64,000 nucleotides of DNA from Anaerolineae bacterium (GTDB lineage: Bacteria > Chloroflexota > Anaerolineae > SpSt-313), in the NCBI GenBank assembly GCA_034428955.1, contig DAOUGZ010000137.1, positions 3,277 to 67,276 on the forward strand. The letters run 5' to 3'. A program made the position numbers and the translations under genes. The notes beneath the pieces are model-generated. The model made no database searches and was not told the origin of the DNA. It worked only from the letters and a program-made list of their open reading frames with translations. Positions 59,889 through 64,000 of this stretch are shown piece after piece. The first letter of the stretch is position 1, and the number at the start of each line of letters is the position of its first letter.

Positions 59889-61187
59889 CTACTCCGCCAG
59901 CACCGCCTCGCGGAACACCGCCAATCCCTCAGCCAACTGCTCGCGGGTGATGTTGAGCGGCGGGATGAGGCGGATGGTCTGCGCCCAGTGCCCGCAGGGG
60001 TAGAGCAAGAGCCCGCCGTCGAGGGCGCGCTTGAGGATGCGCTGCACGGCCTCGGGATTGGGCTCCTTGCTGCCGGGCCGGACGAATTCGGCGGCGGTCA
60101 TCAGCCCCAGCCCGCGCACATCGCCGATGATGGGCGCCTGGCCCTGCAGTTCGCGCAGGGCGGCGAGGAGGTACTCGCCCTGCGCGCGGGCGTTCTCCAG
60201 CACGTTCTCTGCGCGCATGGCCTGTAGGGTGGCCAGGCCGGCGGCGCAGGCGACGGGGCTGCCGCCGTAGGTGGTGCCGTGAGAGGCGGCGCCCCAGCGG
60301 CCCATCAGCTCGCGCCGGGCGCCGAGGGCACCGAGGGGAAAGCCGTTGGCGATGGCTTTGGCCAGGCAGACGATGTCCGGCTCGACGCCGAGGGCCTGGG
60401 CGGCGAACCATTCGCCGGTGCGGCCAAAGCCGCTTTGCACTTCGTCAAAGATGAGCAGGATGCCGTGTCGGTCGCAGAGGCGGCGCAGCTCGGCGAGCCA
60501 GCCGGCGGGCGGGATGACGTAGCCTCCCTCGCCCTGCACCGGCTCCAGAAGCATGGCCGCCACGTCCTCCGGCGCGATGACGTACTCGAACAGCCGCTCG
60601 ATATCCGCCAGGGCCTCTTCGGCGCAGGCCTCAGGCGTGGCCGCGGCGGAACGGTAGGGGTAGGGGAAGCGAGCATAGTAGACGTCGGGCACAAAGGGGC
60701 CGTGGCCGGTGCGGTAGCGGACTTTGGATGTGGTGACGGTGGCGGCGCCCAGGGTGCGGCCGTGAAAGCCGCCCAGGAAGGCGATGATGCCCCGCCGGCC
60801 GGTGACGTAGCGGGCCAGCTTGAGCGCGCCCTCGATGGCTTCGGCGCCACTGTTGCCAAAGAAGAACATGTTCGCGCCGCCGGGGGCGACCTGGCCCAGT
60901 TCCCAGGCCAGGCGCAGGGTGGCCTCCGGCGTCAGCACGCCCAGGGGCGCGTGGGCGATAGCCTCCATCTGCCGGCGGGCGGCATCCAGCACCCGTGGGT
61001 GGTTGTGGCCCAGGTTGCAGGCGCCAAAGCCGGAGAGAAAGTCCATGTAGCGGCGCCCGTCGCGGCCATAGACGTACAGTCCCTCGGCGCGCTCCACGGG
61101 CAGGTTCGGCCAGTCCTGGGCCAGGCAGGGGGCCAGCAGGCTGCCGAGGTGGGAGAGCAGTTGGTCGTAGGTGGGTTGCTCGGTCAT
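59889..61187 (-). CDS. class III pyridoxal-phosphate-dependent aminotransferase (GabT / ornithine aminotransferase-like)
   Basis: Gly-rich PLP-binding regions, the FIADEVQTGFGRTG-like DEVQSGFGRTG and a Schiff-base Lys region. RBS ggagga before the ATG at 61187. Confidence 0.85.
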   Translation of the reverse strand: MTEQPTYDQLLSHLGSLLAPCLAQDWPNLPVERAEGLYVYGRDGRRYMDFLSGFGACNLGHNHPRVLDAARRQMEAIAHAPLGVLTPEATLRLAWELGQVAPGGANMFFFGNSGAEAIEGALKLARYVTGRRGIIAFLGGFHGRTLGAATVTTSKVRYRTGHGPFVPDVYYARFPYPYRSAAATPEACAEEALADIERLFEYVIAPEDVAAMLLEPVQGEGGYVIPPAGWLAELRRLCDRHGILLIFDEVQSGFGRTGEWFAAQALGVEPDIVCLAKAIANGFPLGALGARRELMGRWGAASHGTTYGGSPVACAAGLATLQAMRAENVLENARAQGEYLLAALRELQGQAPIIGDVRGLGLMTAAEFVRPGSKEPNPEAVQRILKRALDGGLLLYPCGHWAQTIRLIPPLNITREQLAEGLAVFREAVLAE

Positions 61188-61210
61188 GGTTTGGTCCTCC
61201 AAACCCCTCA

Positions 61211-62017
61211 CTATACAAACTTGATCACAGTGCACGTGATAAAGACGCTGACGATGAAGGCCAGCCAGGCATAGTCGGCCGGGCGGGCGTGCAGGGTTTC
61301 GATCGCGGTGGGCTTGATGGGCGCGCCGAACCCCTTGGTCTCCATGGCGATTTGAAAGTCGTTCCCCTTGCGGAAGAGGAGGAGGATCAGGGGCGTGATG
61401 ATGGGCACATAGGCCTTGAAGGCGCGCCGGACGACGTTCATGGAGTCGATGTCAAAGGCGCGCAGCTTTTGCGCGTCGACAATCGAGCCCCACATTTCAA
61501 AGAGCAGGCTGGTGAAGGAGAGGGCGCTGACGAACATGAAACTGGCCGTCTGCGGGACGCGCAGCCTGTTCAGCGCGGTCATGATGCCCGATGCTGGAGT
61601 GGTCATAACAAAGAGCGGCAGCGCCGAGGTGGCCGCCAGGATGCGCACACAAAGGACCAGGCCGAACCAGGTGCCCTCGCGGGTGATCACGCCCAGATCC
61701 GCCTCCCACAGCTTGAGGTGGCCGAGGACAATGAGCGGGGTGTGGCCGCCGCGGTAGGTAAAGCCCTGGATCAGGATGAGAAAAACAAAGGTGCCGGCGA
61801 GTATCTTGAATAGGGTGGCAAAGCGCTGTAGCTCGATGCGGGCAATGATCCAGAGGACGGCCGAGAGCCCCAGCCAGAGCAGCAGCACGGGCATGTCGTC
61901 GGGCGTGATCGGGTACATGACCAGCACGAGGGTCAGCATGACATAGACCATCTTGACCAGCGGGTGCAGGCGATGGACGGGGGTGTTTATGTGCGTGTAG
62001 CGGAATATGGGCTGCAT
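61211..62017 (-). CDS. ecfT: energy-coupling factor transporter transmembrane component (EcfT/CbiQ)
   Basis: A 268-aa, 5-6-TM protein with a conserved C-terminal ARG-rich coupling-helix region. Confidence 0.75.
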   Translation of the reverse strand: MQPIFRYTHINTPVHRLHPLVKMVYVMLTLVLVMYPITPDDMPVLLLWLGLSAVLWIIARIELQRFATLFKILAGTFVFLILIQGFTYRGGHTPLIVLGHLKLWEADLGVITREGTWFGLVLCVRILAATSALPLFVMTTPASGIMTALNRLRVPQTASFMFVSALSFTSLLFEMWGSIVDAQKLRAFDIDSMNVVRRAFKAYVPIITPLILLLFRKGNDFQIAMETKGFGAPIKPTAIETLHARPADYAWLAFIVSVFITCTVIKFV

Positions 62018-62018
62018 G

Positions 62019-63767
62019 CTACGCCACCTCCGCGCCCGGCTGCAGGACCCGGTATAGCGCCTCCAGGGTCATGATGCTCTCCGGCACGCCCAGCGGGGCC
62101 AGTTCGTGCGCCAGTTGGGCGGCGACCGGCGGGACGACAAAGCTCTTGCGCAGGGCTTGCACTTGCCCAAAGACCTCGGCGCTGGGGCCATCCAGGAGCA
62201 CCTGCCCCTCGTAGAGGACGACCAGCCGCTGAGCGTAGCGGGCGATGAGGTCCACATCGTGGGTGATGACCAGGACGGTGGCCTTGCGCTCCTCGTGAAA
62301 ACGGCGGGCCATCTCGGCCAGTTGATAGCGCCCGCGGTGGTCCTGGGCGGTGGTCGGCTCGTCCATGATGAGCACGTCCGGCCCGAGGGCCATGGTGGCC
62401 GCTATGGCCAGCTTGCGCCGGTCGCCGAAGGAGAGGCGGAAGGGGAAGAGGTCGGCCTCGTCGCTCAGCCCGACGAGAGCCAGCGCCTCGGCTACCCGCT
62501 CTTCTATCTCTTCCGGCGGCACGCCGATGTTGCGCAGGCCAAAGCGCACCTCGTCGGCACAGGAGGCGGTAAAGAGCTGATAGTCGGGGTTCTGCAGCAC
62601 CAGCCCCACCCGGCGGGCGATGCTGCCCACGCGGAGGCGGCGCATGTCTTGGCCGCGGAAGCGCACCTGGCCTTGCTGGGGCCGCAAAAGGCCGACGAAG
62701 CACTTGACGAGGGTGCTCTTGCCGGAGCCGTTTTGGCCGACGATGCCCACAAACTCGCCCTCGCTGATGCGCAGGTTGACGCCGCGCAGGGCGGTGACCG
62801 GCGGCGGGCCCGGGTAGCGAACGGTGAGCTGGCTGGCCTCCAGGATGGCGGGGGATTCGGCGGCCGGCGGCCGGGCGGGGGGTGGCTCCGTGGGGCAGAC
62901 GGCCAGGCGCCCGGCATGGACGGCCTCGGTGATCTCGGCGCCCACGGCAGGTACGGTGAGGGCGGCCAGGGAGTCGTCTGCCCTGCCCGGCAGGCTCAGC
63001 GCCGAGCGCACCTGGATGAGGGCGGGGGTTTTGACGCCGGCTTCCTCAAGCTGCGCCGCCTGGGCAAAGACGTGGGAGGGCGAGCCCTGCAGCACCGCCT
63101 CGCCGGCATTGAGCACGAGCACCTGATCCGCCAGGTGTAGGACCTCTTCCGTCTCGTGGGTGGTCATGACGATGGCCAGGTCGCCCTTTTCTTTGAGGCG
63201 GGTGATGGCCTCAACGACCTCCCAGCGGCCGAGGGGGTCGAGCTGCGAGGTCGGCTCGTCGAGGACGAGCACCTGGGGGCTCATCGTCAGGACGGACGCC
63301 AGCGCGGCCCGCTGCTTCTGCCCGCCGGAGAGGTCGCGGGGGTTGTGCTCCTCCAGGTCCTCCAGGCGGACCAAAGACAGGGCCTCCCTGGAGCGGCGGA
63401 TGATCTCGTCGCGGGGTACCCCCAGGTTGGCCGGGCCAAAGGCCAGCTCGGCGCGTAGCGTGGGCATAAAGAGCTGCACCTCCGGGTCTTGGGTCAGCAC
63501 GCCCAAGTGCTGCGAGGTGGTGTACAGCGGCTCGTCCCATGGGTCCAGGCCGGCGACGGTGACATCGCCGCGCCGCCTGCCGCCATAGATGTGGGGCACG
63601 ATGCCGCTCAGCAGGTAGCAGAGGGTCGATTTGCCCGCGCCGTTGGCGCCGAGGACGACGACGAACTCGCCGCGGCGCACGGTGAGGTTGAGATTGCGCA
63701 GGGCGACGACGTCTCCCTGGTAGGTAAAGGTGACGTCTTGGAGCGAGATCAAGGCATCAGTGGGCAC
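62019..63767 (-). CDS. ecfA: ECF transporter fused duplicated ATPase (EcfA1-EcfA2)
   Basis: Two complete ABC cassettes (GANGAGKST / GQNGSGKST, two LSGGQKQR). The GTG at 63767 is preceded by aggagt. Confidence 0.75.
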   Translation of the reverse strand: MPTDALISLQDVTFTYQGDVVALRNLNLTVRRGEFVVVLGANGAGKSTLCYLLSGIVPHIYGGRRRGDVTVAGLDPWDEPLYTTSQHLGVLTQDPEVQLFMPTLRAELAFGPANLGVPRDEIIRRSREALSLVRLEDLEEHNPRDLSGGQKQRAALASVLTMSPQVLVLDEPTSQLDPLGRWEVVEAITRLKEKGDLAIVMTTHETEEVLHLADQVLVLNAGEAVLQGSPSHVFAQAAQLEEAGVKTPALIQVRSALSLPGRADDSLAALTVPAVGAEITEAVHAGRLAVCPTEPPPARPPAAESPAILEASQLTVRYPGPPPVTALRGVNLRISEGEFVGIVGQNGSGKSTLVKCFVGLLRPQQGQVRFRGQDMRRLRVGSIARRVGLVLQNPDYQLFTASCADEVRFGLRNIGVPPEEIEERVAEALALVGLSDEADLFPFRLSFGDRRKLAIAATMALGPDVLIMDEPTTAQDHRGRYQLAEMARRFHEERKATVLVITHDVDLIARYAQRLVVLYEGQVLLDGPSAEVFGQVQALRKSFVVPPVAAQLAHELAPLGVPESIMTLEALYRVLQPGAEVA

Positions 63768-64000
63768 GGATGTACTCCTAGCTCGAACTCTGCCGCAGAT
63801 TCCAGGACCTGCTTCAAAGAAGTGTGACTCAGTACCTGCCCTGTCGCAAAGGGCCATCGTCAAACCTGCGGAAGAGTCGACCCAACTCCTCAGGGGACGC
63901 AGAGGGGCGCGGAGACGCAGAGGCTCCGACGTCATCTCCATTCTGCGGCGCTCTGCGTCTCCGAGGCGCGGCAACGAACAGCCGGATGGGGCGCTGCCCA

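Noticed and set aside
63768-63974. N-terminal extension of the EcfA ORF (MPRLGDAERRRMEM...)
   Set aside because: A GTG with a good RBS at 63767 starts the conserved ABC domain. The upstream extension is Arg-rich and unsupported.

Overview
This 64 kb window is high-GC (roughly 65-70% by eye) bacterial chromosome with RBS-dependent translation and sigma70-type promoters. The lineage cannot be determined from sequence alone. Most of it is core or housekeeping: a 7-gene ABC importer operon (family-5 SBP plus DppBCDF-like genes) translationally coupled to two URO-D-family genes; lgt, rex, mreB and murA; a complete F1Fo ATP synthase operon (atpZ-B-E-F-H-A-G-D-C) on the minus strand; queA, eno, an ADP-forming acetyl-CoA synthetase with its DRTGG partner, and an ECF transporter T and fused A components. 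Between these are accessory patches. (i) A tightly packed CPBP protease / small nucleotidyltransferase / membrane-anchored S33 hydrolase triad (17.7-20.6 kb). (ii) An orphan, apparently truncated Cap4/DUF4297-like PD-(D/E)xK nuclease ORF with its own promoter (22.4-23.1 kb). (iii) Secreted glycoside hydrolases (GH28-like, two GH5-like, GHL6-like) and two tandem GT2 genes beside a decayed IS630 transposase fragment. (iv) A probable degraded defence islet (56.9-59.9 kb): an HsdR N-terminal fragment, about 2.4 tandem copies of a 172-bp structured repeat, and an Mrr-family restriction endonuclease with an extended N-terminus, bracketed by a 21-bp direct repeat that doubles as the Mrr promoter. Several non-coding structures stand out: REP-like nested palindromes flanking pspC, a 14-bp-periodic direct/inverted repeat array upstream of eno, CGTCAA hexamer arrays at the window start, and strong bidirectional terminator hairpins. 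No rRNA, tRNA or CRISPR array was recognised by eye. All calls rest on reading the supplied ORF translations and the raw sequence; no database searches were run.
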